Origin: Macrostomum hystrix
Lineage: Eukaryota; Animalia; Platyhelminthes
DNA: 64,000 nucleotides
Assembly (NCBI GenBank): GCA_950097015.1
Contig: CATNEN010000041.1
Location: forward strand, 1,984,001-2,048,000
Direction of reading: 5' to 3'
Below, one piece after another: positions 12,011 through 25,721 of this stretch (position 1 is the stretch's first letter; every line of letters begins with the position of its first letter). The translations under genes and the position numbers were made by a program. The notes under the pieces are model-generated. The model ran no database searches and had not been told where the DNA came from. It was given only the letters and a program-made list of their open reading frames with translations.

Positions 12011-15000
12011 CAACTCATTTTAGGTCCCTGCTACACGCTTGGGTCCCATGTCATCTGTTTGAGGCGTCTATCTCACTTGTCACATACTTGAGTCCATCTA
12101 AGACCTGTCAATCAGCTGAGTCAGCTCAAGCCATCTGAGTCCTGTCAATCAAGCGGGTCCCAGTAATTTCTGCATCTGTTTCGGTGTGTTTCCAGCTCCA
12201 TCGGCCGTGTGAAGTGCTCGCACAGTGGCGGATATTACCTGTTGTCATGCAGTGCTATCACACACTGCCCCTCTACTAGGCTCACGTGACACACGCGTGA
12301 GAGCCACCCAAGGTAGAGTGTAGGTAAAGAGTCAGCCACAAGCAGTGGTTAAATGACAGTGCAAGAGCAGCCACGGCCCAGCCCCGGCCCTGGATGCTAT
12401 CAACGGCAGGCAAAACAATTCGAGCGACTGCGAGCTAAAAATAGCGCTGCTTTTTCTAAGACTTGTAGCGAAAGCAACTCGCTAAAGCAGAGTCTGGCCC
12501 TGCCGGTGGAGGTGGGGTGGGTGCAGGTCAGATCGATACACTGCGCGGCAGAATGGAAATTCGCCTGCGTCTGCTGCATTTTGAGGCGCGAGCCAGGCGG
12601 ATCGGCACGCTCAGCGGAGAAGCTTCTGGAAGAGGAAAGCCATTGCTTGCATGCTTTGGCCGTGTGAAAAAAACTCCCTAGCTTCACTATCTGGTGAAAC
12701 TGGTTGGTTATCTGGGTCGCTTTTGCTTACAATGCCTTTTTAGCACCTCGTTAGCAACTCCCCTAAAAGCAGAGGCATCTTTGGTTTCATTTTCGGAGAT
12801 TGCAGTAGTGGATTTAGGATTCTGGAAGCCTGTGGGGAATTTCCTTACTGCCGAATCGCATATAGGGATTTCACTTGAAATGTTCCAAGCTTCAAATGGG
12901 ATCGCAAACCAGTTAAAGGATATTAGATGGTGGTGTATACGCCAGAATTTTATCTAAAAGTCTAAAGGGATTTCGGCAATGAGGAATCACTCCATTTCTG
13001 AGATGGTTGGGATCTAAGAGCTCTTCCGCTGGCTATTAATAATGCATTCTGAATAGTCCCATGTCTGTCAGTTCGGATCCCATCAAGCCCTGGGCAACTG
13101 CCTCACCCCTCCTAACACAGTAGCCAGATCCCATCCCCCTGATTGCCCAAGGGAAAATAGATTTTCAGATGAACCGGATGGGAACTGCGGTCTGGGAAGT
13201 TCTCTAGAGAACGGGGAAACAGATGAGTGACCGGCCAGAGAGGGGGAGAGAAGGAGGCTAGGAGACCGGTATAGGAAGGGAGTTGAAGGGGCCGGATCGA
13301 TAAGAGATGGGAAGGCAGGAGACGCACGCGAGGCCTCTTCAAGGCACCCGAGCTCCAAGTGAGACCAGCTTCTCAAGCACGCATTGATTTCCTTTATAGC
13401 CTCCCAGTCATACCTGGCGGGCAGTTAATGACATCGATTGCGCAAAGCTGTCTGTGCCATCGGGGTGCAGCTCAATGTAGCCTGTTCAGCACCCACTGGC
13501 TGCACTTTCTCAAGCCACTCGGCCGTGCACACAGGCGGCAACCTGGGAGTAGGGAATGCGCTGAGCTGCCTGTGAGCAACAAGCTCTTGAAATCAGAGAA
13601 ACGAGCGATCACCTGACCCTGTTGCCAGGCCGGCCATAAATTAACAAGCCGTGGCAGGGGCTCCCGTATCGAATTCCGCTTCGCTTGGAGAACAAAATTT
13701 CTTCCCAAGCAAGCAGCCCTTCCGCTTGAGCTGAGATTCGGCCGTGACCCGCATGAACTGCCCTGTATAAACTGAAAGCACGCTAGGCTGGCTTGCGTTA
13801 ATCCTTATCTTTCCTCTCTCCAGTTTTCCCAAAGTCATGCAGAATCACGTGACTGCCTTCGCGGACCTGCGAAACGAGCCGCAGCCCCCGCCAATGCGTC
13901 AGCGCCACTCACCACAGATTCCCTGCGCATGCAATTGGGGATCGGGAAGTCCGGAAGAGGAGCCTGCCCACCGCACCTGGCCTAACCAGTCCGCTAATCA
14001 GCACGCGCCGCTTAGGTGGCTTTAAATTTCTGAAACCAGCGCGGAATAAAGCCAGGCCCTCCCATTCCCTCGAAGTCTCCATATTCCCAACTTCCTTCTG
14101 CCTCAATAGGCTTCAGTTGGGCCGCAGTCCGCGCAATTCGCAACTTCACGCCGCCCCGTCCCCTTCTCCTCAGAGTCCATTCTCAGGATTCTCTTTGTTT
14201 CCCAAAGCCTTTGTAAATCCTCTAAACACAACGTTCCCAAAATCGCCAGGATGAGTCTGAGAACTTGTGGTTTGAGTTTAGTCATCACGGGCCACGGCCA
14301 TTGTTAGTTATTTGCTTTCAATGCGGCCCCAGCTCCCCACCCACCAAGCCCAGCCTGAGCTGTTCAAGCCCAATTAAGCTGACACGGGCTAATGAGCAGC
14401 GCCAGTTTATGGCTAATGTGGGAGAGGAGGGCGGGGCGGAGGAATATGCGCATCAATTGCAGCTCCGCAGGCAGGGCATTTTTTAATAGCAATAAAATTT
14501 TCGTCAAGCCTTTAGATCGCCTAGTCCGCTTATACACAGGGGGTCGCTTCGTAGGCAAAATCTACCCCCCACTGCGGCTATATGTCTATGGACTATGGTA
14601 CTAAAGAAATCGATAGTAGCTTGCACTGAAGAGCATATGCCTTGTATAAAGAATTGACTTACGTAAGTCAACTAGCACTTTTTAGAAAAACAAACGGGAA
14701 AGTTGAAAATTCTTGAAATGGGAAAGTGGAAGCGAAAATCATGACTCATGGTTGTGTGCATCGTCACTCGAATAATTAAAAGCAATTGGTTTGCATTTCT
14801 ATGATGATTGTTGTTATTTTACTGCCACATATGCATATCTACATCCAACATAACATGCATTGTTTTATAAGGCGCCACTGTGAGGACTAAGTTCCAGTAT
14901 CCGATGTGTCAATGAATGAGCTCAGTGTTTGCGCAAGTTGGACTGGTTTAGTGTTGAATGGGCCAGTAACACAACACTGTAATATAATATAAAGCATATA

Positions 15001-15375
15001 CAGCAGAGAGATTTTCTCCATCTTCTAACGTCACTCCTCCTTTCCCCAGGAAGGCATGAGTCCGGGGGGGGTTGGTGCCGCCTGTTCACAGTGTGCCTTC
15101 TTTTTCTCTCCTTCTCTTTCTATTTGCCCCAGCCGTGGGCTCGAGGCTTGTGGGTGCGGGGCATAGTTATAATGTACATTAGTGCTATGGGGGAAGCCCT
15201 CACTTCAGCTTGGATGGAATAGAGTGAGGTGCATTAGTTTAAGGCCCAAACCGGAGAGAGAATGGGGGAGGCTTGGCTCGTTCGATAGCGTAGTCATGAC
15301 AGCGTTCGGGCAATCAGCTGTTTGGTTAGAAATAGCTTGAATCAGCTGAGCGACCTTGGCAAGGCAAGGCTTCTT

Positions 15376-15415
15376 ATTGGCTGGGGCTTCCCCCCACTGC
15401 CAATGGCTATATAAG
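15376..15415 (+). promoter_or_regulatory. Putative core promoter of the cyclin gene (CCAAT boxes plus TATA)
   Basis: ATTGG 15376-15380, CCAAT 15400-15404, TATATAAG 15408-15415, about 290 nt upstream of the first in-frame ATG. Confidence 0.5.
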
Positions 15416-15740
15416 CGAACACCCTCCGATGGCTAACCGGCCCACTGCTGAGCTGCCCACACGAAAACCGCTATTTGATTCACTAGCGTTTCTTTTTTCC
15501 TAATTTCTTCCCTTACAGAGCTAGAATGGATTGCTAAGGCTGGCGATTTAGCTTAATCTTTCAAAGCCCGTTAGTCTTTCATATTCACACTGCCAGCATT
15601 CCCAGCAGCTGTTGCAGTTAGAGGTTAGTTAGAAATTGCTTAGCCTTCGTCACTTAGTTATTTTTTTGTTAGCATCCAGTTCACTATTATATCTGGGCAT
15701 GGTGCAAAACGTGTCTGGCATGTCAGCTCGTTCGGGAAAA

Positions 15741-18700
15741 ATGGCTTCCGAAGTCGTTCTGAACAACAGCAGCACTGGCTGCGGCCCGGCGGGCGGCCGC
15801 TGCGAGCGTCGGTCTCGGCGAAAGCGTTCAAAGAAGGGCTCGGCGCCCGAGTTGGCGGCCGACTGGTCCAAGGGCAACAAGGAGGCCAGGCGCAGCGATG
15901 TCCACATGTACTACCACCTGGAGGAGGCGCACTCCATCCCCGAAGACAACAGGGAGATGGAGCTCCCAGAGCAGCCACACTCTGTAAGAAATCTGCATTA
16001 TTCTCCTTGCATTAGTCCTGTGGCTACTTTGTATTGTTGCCCTGTTATCCAATTCGTTCGGCATATAATCTAAATTCTTAGTATTTAAGCTAAATGTTAC
16101 TTTATATATTCATACATATATTATATTCTAACTACATTTTTATTTACATTAGACTTTAGTTAAAATAAGACAATATTTTCCTTAGTTTAAAGTTACAAAA
16201 GCATAATTGTTCATACAACTTTATAACTTCATACAACTTCTGCAGAGCTAACTTAGATTATAAAAAAGAAAATGTAGATGATTAAGGGCAAAGGCAACAG
16301 TAATAGTTTGTTAAATAGTCATTGCGAATTTATTTCCAAAACTAAAAACAAAGAAGCAAGCTCTTTGTTTTTTTGTTTTTGTTTTTATGAAGCCTACCCT
16401 TTTCTGCTTTGTCAGTCTGACAATCTCTCTCATGCTTTTACTGACTGTTTACTTATTTTAGTTGTTAGTTCCTATTCAGATTTACTTTACGCACTGGGGC
16501 TAAATAGTGCCTGTCTGCTCACAAACTCTATACTCTATAGCCAGGGCACAGGGCTGTAAGCCCGTCAATCAGAGCTGCACGTTGAGAACAGACTGTGACT
16601 GGCACAAAAACCCAGTGCCATATGTGGGGCCCAGGAACCTCTAATCAGACCCCAACCTTCTCTCGAGCTGGGGTGAGCGGCTTGTTTTGCGATCTTCTGG
16701 CCACCCCAGACTGGCAGTCAGTCAGTCGCATGTCACGTGGCTAGGCCTTCAATGATGGGCATTAGATCTGGAGGGGATCCACCTGGGGCCTTGGCTGTGG
16801 GAGAAAGACGTGAAGAACAAAGACCTTCACTTTTTAGCCCAGCTTTACCCTATTCCCGCCCTCCTTCTGTTCCTTCCTCTGTCTTGGCTTCTGCTTCTGC
16901 TCCAGCGTTGCCGTGTTGCACACAAACAAACAAAGCGCCTCGGCCCCCTGCCTCTCTTCCTGTCATCATTAGCATAGTTTCTCTGCGTCAGTTAGTGTAA
17001 AAAGCTATCCTAAAACGAAAGGAAGACCCAGACTGGAGACAGTTAAGGACAGTATCTATAGAATCCTTATCGCCTCTGAAGTGGTTGGGGCTGATGCTTG
17101 TCGTATCGATATCTAGCCGTTGGTTTGTCTGCAAGACAAATAAACATAGCTATTTTAGTTTAGAATTCAGAAACATTGTTGCCGGGACTAGCGCTGGAGG
17201 CAGTCCAGTTTTCAGTCTGCTACAAAGTTTAGATGATTGTTTATGCTTAACTTTCACATCTTTCAGACCAACATAGCCCCTCTGCCTCTGCCGAAGGATT
17301 TCGAAGAGACTTTGGAGAAACTGTTGGAAAGAGAGCTGGCCTATCACCCCAAGACCGACTCGCTGTTTCACATCAATACTGTGAGTGATTTACGTGATTG
17401 AAAATTTGTACTGCAATTTCGCCTTCGTAATGTCACTTTTTATACTCTATCTATTTCCCTTTGCACACTTCTTATTTAGGCCTGTGAGGACAAGGTGGAC
17501 GCCAGGTTGCGCGACGAATCCATCTTCAACCTGCGCTTCCTGCACAAATTTTACAACCTGTCGCCCGAATGCTTCGCCCACGCTGTCAACATTGCCGACC
17601 GGTTCATTATGCGAATCAAGGTGAGACTCTTATCTAAAGAGTTAGTCGATAATTGGGGTTCAACTATATTCTAATTGCTATTCAATTGGCACGACTTAAT
17701 ATGATAATTTCTCTTCAATCTCAATACTGATTTCGACACCATTTTAATTTCGCAGGTTAAGCCGAAGTACATGGCCTGCCTTGCTACGGCTGCTTATCTG
17801 ATCGCTTGCAAGATGATAGAGGACCCAGAGGTAAGCTTCATTTCACTTATTTAATTATCTAACTTTCTACGGTGCATAGTAAGAGCCAAGAAGATTGTAT
17901 AATAAGAACAGTTTTATGTCCCTGCTCTCCTCAAGGCTCAAGTTGGGGCCTGTTTTTTATTGTCTGAACTTTTATTGCCCGCTTGTTAGTGCATTCATAC
18001 TAGAGAACCAAACCAAGGCAAGGAGGCGTCATGGTTTAGTGCTGCCTTGCATGCTGCCTTGCGTGCCTTGTTCAAATGAAGCAGTAAGTCGGATCTTAGT
18101 GGAACCTCTGACACCTCGGCTCTTGCCACTTCTTCCTGTCTTCGACAGTGGCCCAAATAAGGGTTGAAAACTTTAAACAGAATCCAATCGTGCCCTACGC
18201 ACACGAACTGGGCCTGCCCCTTGTTTTCATTTTAATGGGTTATAGTTATAGGGCTTAAGCCAGTTTAGTTGGGTTGGTGTCATGTTCTCTGTCGACTTGT
18301 TTTGGCCAAGCAGGCCACCCACAAGGGAAGCCTACTTTTTACCCCATTTAACCGCTGAAGTTTAAAGACTGCCTGGTCTGCCCTCTTCTCGCTTTTCTGT
18401 CCATTTATTTCGTTTGAGCCAATTGCTTTGGGCTCAGGCTGGCATGTGAAGGACGTGTTTGGGCCTTGGTGGTGGCCGCAGTGACTCACTCGCGCCTTCA
18501 CTGTGTAAGCGGGACATCTGAGCTAAAAATAGACAGAGTTCTAGAATATTCTGCGAATTTCCTTTGCCAAAACAAGTCAGCTTGAACGTGGCCAATTTTT
18601 TCATTCTATTTTTAGCATGGGAGAGCACTTGTCTCAGTTCAAGTTCAACTCTAAACACTTAAGAATTTGATTTACGCTCTGCAGGACTGGCCCTCGCCCG

Positions 18701-19263
18701 AGAAGCTTGTCAGCGTGGCCCGCTGCGGCGGATCTTCCAGCGACTTGGAGCGCATGGAGGGCATCATTCGAACCAAGCTGGGCGACCCAGCCGTGCCGCC
18801 GATGGAGCTAGCGGTCACTCCGCTGCACTTTCTGCAGCTGCTGCAGCCCCTGTTCCCCAGCGCCAAGAGTTTCCTGCGCGCAGTCGGCGACCTGGAGATC
18901 TGCCTGTGCTCAGCCGCCGTTTACACATTCCGGCCCGCCATGCTGGCCCTGTGCATCGCCCACCGCTACCTGGACAACTGCGACGGTTCTGCCGCGCTGG
19001 CCACGATGATGAAGCGGCTGGATGTGTCGGAGGATGACCTGGCCGAGTGCTCCGGCGACCTGGAGGCCGAGAGCTGCCGAGTGCAGAATCGCGCGCCTAC
19101 GCCGCGCACCCTCGTCTGGACACTGAGCCGCCGGACCGTCAGCAACCTGCAGAGACCATCGGCCGCAGCCCACGGCTCCCTGCTGGACCCCATCAGGGAG
19201 GACTGGCTGGAGGAGGACAGGCTGGAGGAGGACAACCTGGAAATCTGTCGCCTGTTCGACTAA
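15741..19263 (+). CDS. Cyclin G/I-like protein
   Basis: Phase-0 exons 15741-15983 (upstream in-frame ATGs at 15699 and 15720), 17267-17380, 17480-17620, 17756-17830, 18685-19263. Cyclin-box motifs LEKLLERE, FAHAVNIADRF, KVKPKYMACLATAAYLIACK, SSSDLERMEGII, TPLHFL; ATTAAA at 19311. Confidence 0.88.
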
Positions 19264-20169
19264 GCCCAGCGCCGAGGCCTCATCGAATCACCGATCCAGT
19301 TGATGTTTCTATTAAATAGAAGAAAATTCAAATCCCAAGATTTGACCGCATCTCAAAATCCCAGCTCCCAAAGCCTGCTTTCAGTCTATTCAAATCAGTT
19401 TCAAGAACTGTTCGATTCGTGCAAAAGAAACGATCCCCAGAATCCGCGTCAGCGAATTCCTGCCTCCAAGCCCTGATCACCTTAATTGGTTTAACTTAGC
19501 TGCACCTGTAAATTCTCCGTTGTGTCCCCAGTCCCGCTGTTTTCTTAGCTTTAAAAGACACCCCGCTTGCCTCTGTTCGCTTCTGCTCCGCCCTCTGTTT
19601 GCTTTTCAAAGAGAATTTTCGTATTGTGATAACCGCCCAGCAGCCCCGTGAAGCCTGCACAGAGCCGTGCAGCTGCCGTGCGCATCTCAGTGTACTTTTA
19701 AATCTGCACGTAAATGTTTATGCGTAAAGCGCTCTGCAGGAGGTTCTGATGTTTCCAGTTGCTATTGTTCAGTGTTTTCTTAGCCAGCAAATCTGCCCGA
19801 AGCCGCCGCTCCCAACCCCAGTTTGTTCACAGTTTCGCCAGATTGTTTTTAGCCTGTCTTTTTACCTGTTTCACCGCCTCCGCCCGCCCCAGCGGTGGCA
19901 CTTTTATTGTTATGCATGAAATAACTCGAACTCAACTCAGTCAGTCCCAAGAGCTTTCCCGGCAACCGGCTCCACAAGCCTCTGTTTGTTAACCGTATGC
20001 TTGCTAATGTCTGCTCCCTGTTAGCACAATGTATGCTTCGTTTTCTGTGTCTGTCTGTTCCTGCCTGGCGGGCTGTGCAAAATCCTCAGCGGCGGGTCCC
20101 GGCGACTTTCACGGCGAAGCTCTCCTGGCCCGCCGCATGTGTAAATAACTACTTACGCAGATCTGCTCC

Positions 20170-20630
20170 TAGAACACCAGATCCTTGATTCTCAGCATCA
20201 GTCCCAGATCCCCAGCATCAATCCCAGATTCCCTGCATCAGATCCCAGATCCCCAGCATCAATCCCAGATTCCCTGCATCAGATCCCAGATCCCCAGCAT
20301 CAGATCTCAGACTGCCAGCATCAGATCCCAGATTCCCTGCATCAGTCCCAGATTGCCAGCATCAGACCCCAGATTCTCAGCATCAGATCCCATGCAGATT
20401 CCCAGCATCAATCCCAGATTCCCTGCATCAGATCCCAGATTGCCAGCATCAGATCGCAGATTGCCAGCATCAGATCTCAGATTCCCAGCATCACATCTCA
20501 GATTCCCAGCATCAGATCCCAGATTGCCAGCATCAGATCCCAGATTGCCAGCATCAGATCCCAGATTGCCAGCATCAGATCCCAGATTGCCAGCATCAGA
20601 TCCCAGATTCCCTGCATCAGATCCTAGATT
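20170..20630. repeat. ~21-bp minisatellite CAGCATCAGATCCCAGATT(G/C)C
   Basis: About 20 imperfect copies. Confidence 0.92.
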
Positions 20631-21551
20631 CTCTCACAGTTCTTAGTCAGTGTTGTTGCTTGGATTAGCTGATTGCAGGTTGCAGCCAGGTGTGCAGCGG
20701 ATTTGTAGTATTGTGCTTTGTCCCTTTGTTAAGTCAGAGCCTAGAACATATCACTCAGTGTCTATCAGCGAATTTCTAGTATTTTCCTATTAATAGCTGT
20801 AATAGCAACAATTTGCTACTTGAATATTTTTCTACCGCTCCGTGCACTCTTTCATTCTCACCTGGCCCCGGCTTTCATCCCGGGATATGCCGGCTCCTTC
20901 TCTCATTCTCCTGTGTCTATTTTGTTGTTAATAAAAAAGACAAAAAAATGGTGCAAAATACACAAAAATAAAACAGAGGAAGCCGTGCTGCTTTCTCAAA
21001 TATAATAGTATTATTACTATTGCTGCAGTGTGCAAAATGCCTTCGGGCGCAAAAACGTTTCTTGACTTACAACTCTTCTTCCTCATTTTCACAGGGCTTA
21101 ATTTGCAGTCCTGTCTTATCTTCTGATTTGTATATCGATCACGTGTTTGAATACACAGATTGTTTGGCCTTTACGCTATGCATTTGGAAAGCGCACGAAA
21201 TTGCTGCAGTTGTAATTCTGAAAGTAGGCTAAAAATAGAACTTCCGTCATTATTACTCCCGCTCGTCCGCTCTTGCTCGCGTGGGCTGTTGTTTCGTCAT
21301 TTCAGTTTTCGGGCAATGTTTGCAGTCAGATAAGCGGTCCTCAGATATTGTCTCAGCACCATTGCTGTCATTTCACATTTCTCGGAAACCGAATAGGGAG
21401 CTAAATATAGCATTGAATCAGAACTGAACGGCTTGGCCTATTTGGGCTGTTTATTAATTCCCGGTCAGTTAATTCGTGTCAACATGAGCTCTCATTTAAA
21501 GAACGATCTCAGGATCACAGGAGTCACGGAGATACTCCTTGGTCTCTCACG

Positions 21552-21608
21552 GGTCACAGGAGTGACTGAGATACTCCTTGGGCTCTCATCTCAGTCACTC
21601 CTGTGACC
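21552..21608. other. Perfect 21-bp inverted repeat (hairpin, 15-nt loop)
   Basis: GGTCACAGGAGTGACTGAGAT (21552-21572) / ATCTCAGTCACTCCTGTGACC (21588-21608). Confidence 0.9.
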
Positions 21609-23204
21609 AGTAACATTCTTTAGAATGACCTTAGTCACTTCTGTCACCTGTGACATCCTCCTGCAGAAGGTTTTCTAGCCCCCCCCTGTCATCCAGGACC
21701 GTGAGACCCAAGAATAATATTTGGAAGTCGTGCCTGTCTCTCGTGTCGGAAACCCAAGCTTTTCTATGGAAGTTCACCTTCAGCGTTCAGTTTGAGCTTC
21801 CTATATATGTGAGAAGCGAGGCTCTCACAGGCCGGTGCGAGCGGCTTACAGCACACCCAAGCAGACCACAATGTGCTGCCCCCACCGGCAGCTGTCACAG
21901 CGCGCATTTTCCCATCTTGTTGCGGTTGAGCACTGCTGAGCAGTTTTGTTAGGAGCCTGAGCGAACAGCAATGCCGTATTTTTACAGCTTGTTTATGACC
22001 AAGTCCAAGTGTCCGTGGGCGGGCTACCGGCCTCTCCTACGGTACCCACTCAAACAGACCGGGAGCTGTGCCCAGCCATTTTACTCTATGCATTGTAAAA
22101 CCCATCTTATATGGATGAGAATTGAGCAGACCCACGTGACCGCTGCGTGAGAACTTGCGTTAGAGAATGAATGGTTAGAGAGGAGGTCCTCGGAGCTTAA
22201 ATGCCGGCTGCACCCACGAGTTTGAGAATGCAGCTATGCTGAGAGATGTCTGAGAGACTTGCTCTAGACATCTGCAGACGTAAATAAATGCATTGTGGTT
22301 AAGAAGTACGAATTTCTTGTCTTTTCAAGCCTGACGCCACGCCTAAATGTAGAGCTGGCACAGCGCTAAATTTTACCCTGACTGCTTTGGTACCTTCTGA
22401 CAAGAGCCCTGGTGGCGGCAAACTAGCGTCTTGAACCTCTTTTCTGTCCAGCTACCAGTTTCATAGTCACTAGAACCGATAATATACTGCCTGTGGACAG
22501 ACACACTGCTTTCAATGCTATCACTTCGGACTTTTGAAAGTTGCTCGCAGAAGCGAAAAGTGGCTATAAACATAGGCGAGGATGCAGTTTGTGTTTGTGA
22601 GTTGTGTGCAGCAAAAATGCAGGCCAGATGTACACGGACTGTAGAAGTACACAAGCTTCACTGCTCACTTATCACTCACTTTATCAAAGTCAAAAGTTTT
22701 ATTATAGCTTAAAAATACTGTGAATAGATATTAAAAAGTGCAGCCCCGGACTTTGTCGTCCTGTCGCATTTTTAATATATCCTACTATATACTAAATTGA
22801 TCCTATTCCTGTACTGCGGGCATGAGCAGCGGATTGAAGTGCTGCAGTACTGTCAGTGGTCCAGAAATGCGGCTAGGCAGTTGAAGCTCTGGCTCTGCTG
22901 GCTGCGCTGTCAAGTCGTGGCTGGGCGCTGATCTCTTTGATTAATGACGTCCCACACTGCCCTGGCCAGCTTGCAGTTCATGATTTCGGCAGGAATAGCA
23001 ATTATGCAATTCACACATAAATTTGTGCTTGCCTAGAGTCACAGCTCAGCCTAATAAGTCAGGCGAATAATGTCCCAACTTCACTACTGACTAGTCCAAG
23101 CAGTAGACACGCTGAGATTTGTGTACCCAGTGCTATGCGGTGGATTTATCCTCTTCCAGCTCATTATAAGCAATAACAATTAATGCGAAGGATCTAGGTC
23201 TGCT

Positions 23205-23585
23205 TGAGGTTTCCTGGGCCTGGGCAGCCTTCCGCACCGTGAGGGCGATCCTGCAAGTCCCAGGCCCTACCTAGGCTGGCCTGACAGCAAGAGGGTGGCG
23301 TTGCTCCAATGGTCGAGACCGTCCTGCTCTGCAACGCCGCTGACGCTTTGACGCTGGCAGGGACGCTGGAACGTCTAGTCTCGTGGCGCACGAGGGCTTG
23401 CTGCGCGCCGCGCGCCGACCTGGCCCGTCAGAGCGACTTCAGCTGGCTAGCCACCTCATCCGCGTCGAAGAGTACGTCGAAGCCTCACAGCCCGTGTAGG
23501 AGGTGCTGCTTCACCCGTCCGTTACGCTGATTGCCTGCAAGCCGACACCGGCGCTCCGGACACTGCCGGCAGCCTCGCGCAAGTT
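23205..23585 (+). mobile_element. Decayed 3' fragment of an RTE-like LINE ORF
   Basis: Across frameshifts and a stop it reads WAAFRTVRAILQ..VETVLLCNAAD..QLASHLIRVEEY..QPV*EVLL..RYADCLQADTGAPDTAG, resembling from recollection the post-RT region of RTE-type elements. Confidence 0.65.
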
Positions 23586-24014
23586 GCTGTTATTTTGAGG
23601 TTGAATGTCGTCCATCTCGAATTAATTTTAATATTTGTTTTCAACAGGCACAAAACATGTCCATTGTGGAAGGCAAACTATAAAATCTGTGTTACTAAAA
23701 GTACAAATGATGAATTTGAAGCCCTGAATAAGGAGGGCACATTGATTGATCAAGAGCTCCGAGATGCACGCACCACCTGCATCAAAGATACCTGGAGCAG
23801 AGTCGATAGTTGCTCTTCTTCCCTGTTGAAGGAAATCGAAACAGCACAACATTTTCGTGGGTCTTGCGTGCCGCAGTTCGAATTACCGACAAACATACCG
23901 GGAGTTCCATTTTCGCTCCTGACAGCGTGAGCACAGGCAACACTCACAAAGGTACGCCTGATAACTGCGATCGATAACGCTACCGAGTTTCACTCCATGA
24001 AAATTAAGGACTCA

Positions 24015-24400
24015 CGTCATCACCTCACGTCATCACCTCAGGTCATCACCTCACATCATCAACTCACGTCATCACCTCAGGTCATTATCTCACGTCATCA
24101 CCTCACCGTCATCACCTCACCGTCATCACCTCGCATCATCACCTCAGGTCATCACCTCACATCATCAACTAACGTCATCACCTCAGGTCATTATCTCACG
24201 TCATCACCTCACCGTCATCACCTCACCGTCATCACCTCACATCATCACCTCAGGTCATCACCTCACATCATCACCTCACGTCATCACCTCACCTTCATCA
24301 CCTCACCGTCATCACCTCACATCATCACCTCACGTCATCACCTCACCGTCATCACCTCACCGTCATCACCTCACCGTCATCACCTCACCGTCATCACCTC
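24015..24400. repeat. ~13-14-bp minisatellite GTCATCACCTCAC(C)
   Basis: About 28 imperfect copies. Confidence 0.93.
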
Positions 24401-25174
24401 CTGTGTAAAAAAGAAAAATAAGAAACTTGATTACCATTTTGTAAGTGGTTTACTAAGCAAGTGAATGAATATTTTATAAAGTATCTCTGAGTTTCTAAAA
24501 ATATTATTAGAAGAAATATGATGCCGTGCTGCTTTCATAATGCCACAGGTAATATAGTATCAGTGCATAATGCTTGCAAACAAAAACATGGCTAAAGCAT
24601 CTAAGAAAAAAGACAAGAAAAAATTCAGCACTCCCAGAAAATAAAAAAGTAAACAGTGTACGACCTACTTGCCAGTCAAAATCTTTCTGAAACATCAGAT
24701 TAAACCGCTTTTTGTAAAAGCAAGACCCTGAATGCTTCTCGACACAACGTCTTTCCTACTAGTCACTAGTGGGTCCAGTGGTCCTTGAAACCAAGGCAGA
24801 AAAGTCATTTTATGATTTTCAAGTAGATTTCGCAATCAAATACTGTCCTAGATTGAGATATTGCAGGGAGTGTGGAATTTAAGAGGCCGGTTTCGCAAAC
24901 AGAAGAAACTCGTCGAGTTCAGCCTCATACAAAGCCAAAGCCTTCAGTTCTTGAAGCGACTCTCGAAGCTACAGGTTGTGTTGCAATTTGTGTTCCAACG
25001 ACATTCAGCGAGAGTGTCTTTTTATGAAGGTAAAAAACTACAGCTCGTAAATTGTAGAGATACGGAATTCAAGGGGGTGAATTTAACTGAATTAAACAGG
25101 TGTCGTGCAGGTGCTCATCTTATTTCCAAGGAAAATCTCTGTAAATGTATACTGTATAGCAGTGCTCCTTTCAG

Positions 25175-25500
25175 TGGTCGCAGACGTCCTTTGCCATTTC
25201 AGGGGTCGCAGACATCCTTGGTCATTTCAGTGGTCGTAGACGTCCTTGGTCATGTCATGGTTCGCAGACATCCTTGGTCATTTCATGGTTCGCAGACGTC
25301 CTTGGTCATTTCATGGTTCGCAGACGTCCTTGGTAATTTCATGGTTCGCAGACGTCCTTGGTCATTTCATGGTTCGCAGACGTCCTTGGTCATGTCATGG
25401 TTTGCAGACGTCCTTGGTCATTTCATGGGTCGCAGACGTCCTTGGTCATTTCATGGTTCGCAGACGTTCTTGGTCATTTCATGGGTCGCAGACGTTCTTC
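25175..25500. repeat. 28-bp minisatellite CAGACGTCCTTGGTCATTTCATGGTTCG
   Basis: About 11 copies. Confidence 0.93.
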
Positions 25501-25721
25501 GTCCACTGAATGTTCCCTCGCTGTGTAAAAAGTACAAAAACTGAGAATTCAAACGTTATCTGCGATGGTGCGAATTTGAAGACAAAACTAGATGACCTTC
25601 CAATGTGCGTCATTGGTATCTAAAAAACACGACAAGAAAAAGATGAAATAAACAATTCGAACTGTCCGGCCTTTCGGCAACATTCCTAAGTACCACTGGA
25701 AAAGTTGACAGCATGCAGTCA

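Noticed and set aside
14103-14604. Short ORFs and a GC box upstream of the cyclin gene
   Set aside because: No motifs or splice support; a single GC box is not enough to call a promoter.
23595-23930. 111-aa ORF (HKTCPLWKANYKIC..) after an acceptor-like site
   Set aside because: No recognisable domain, partner exon or start; it may be an element remnant.
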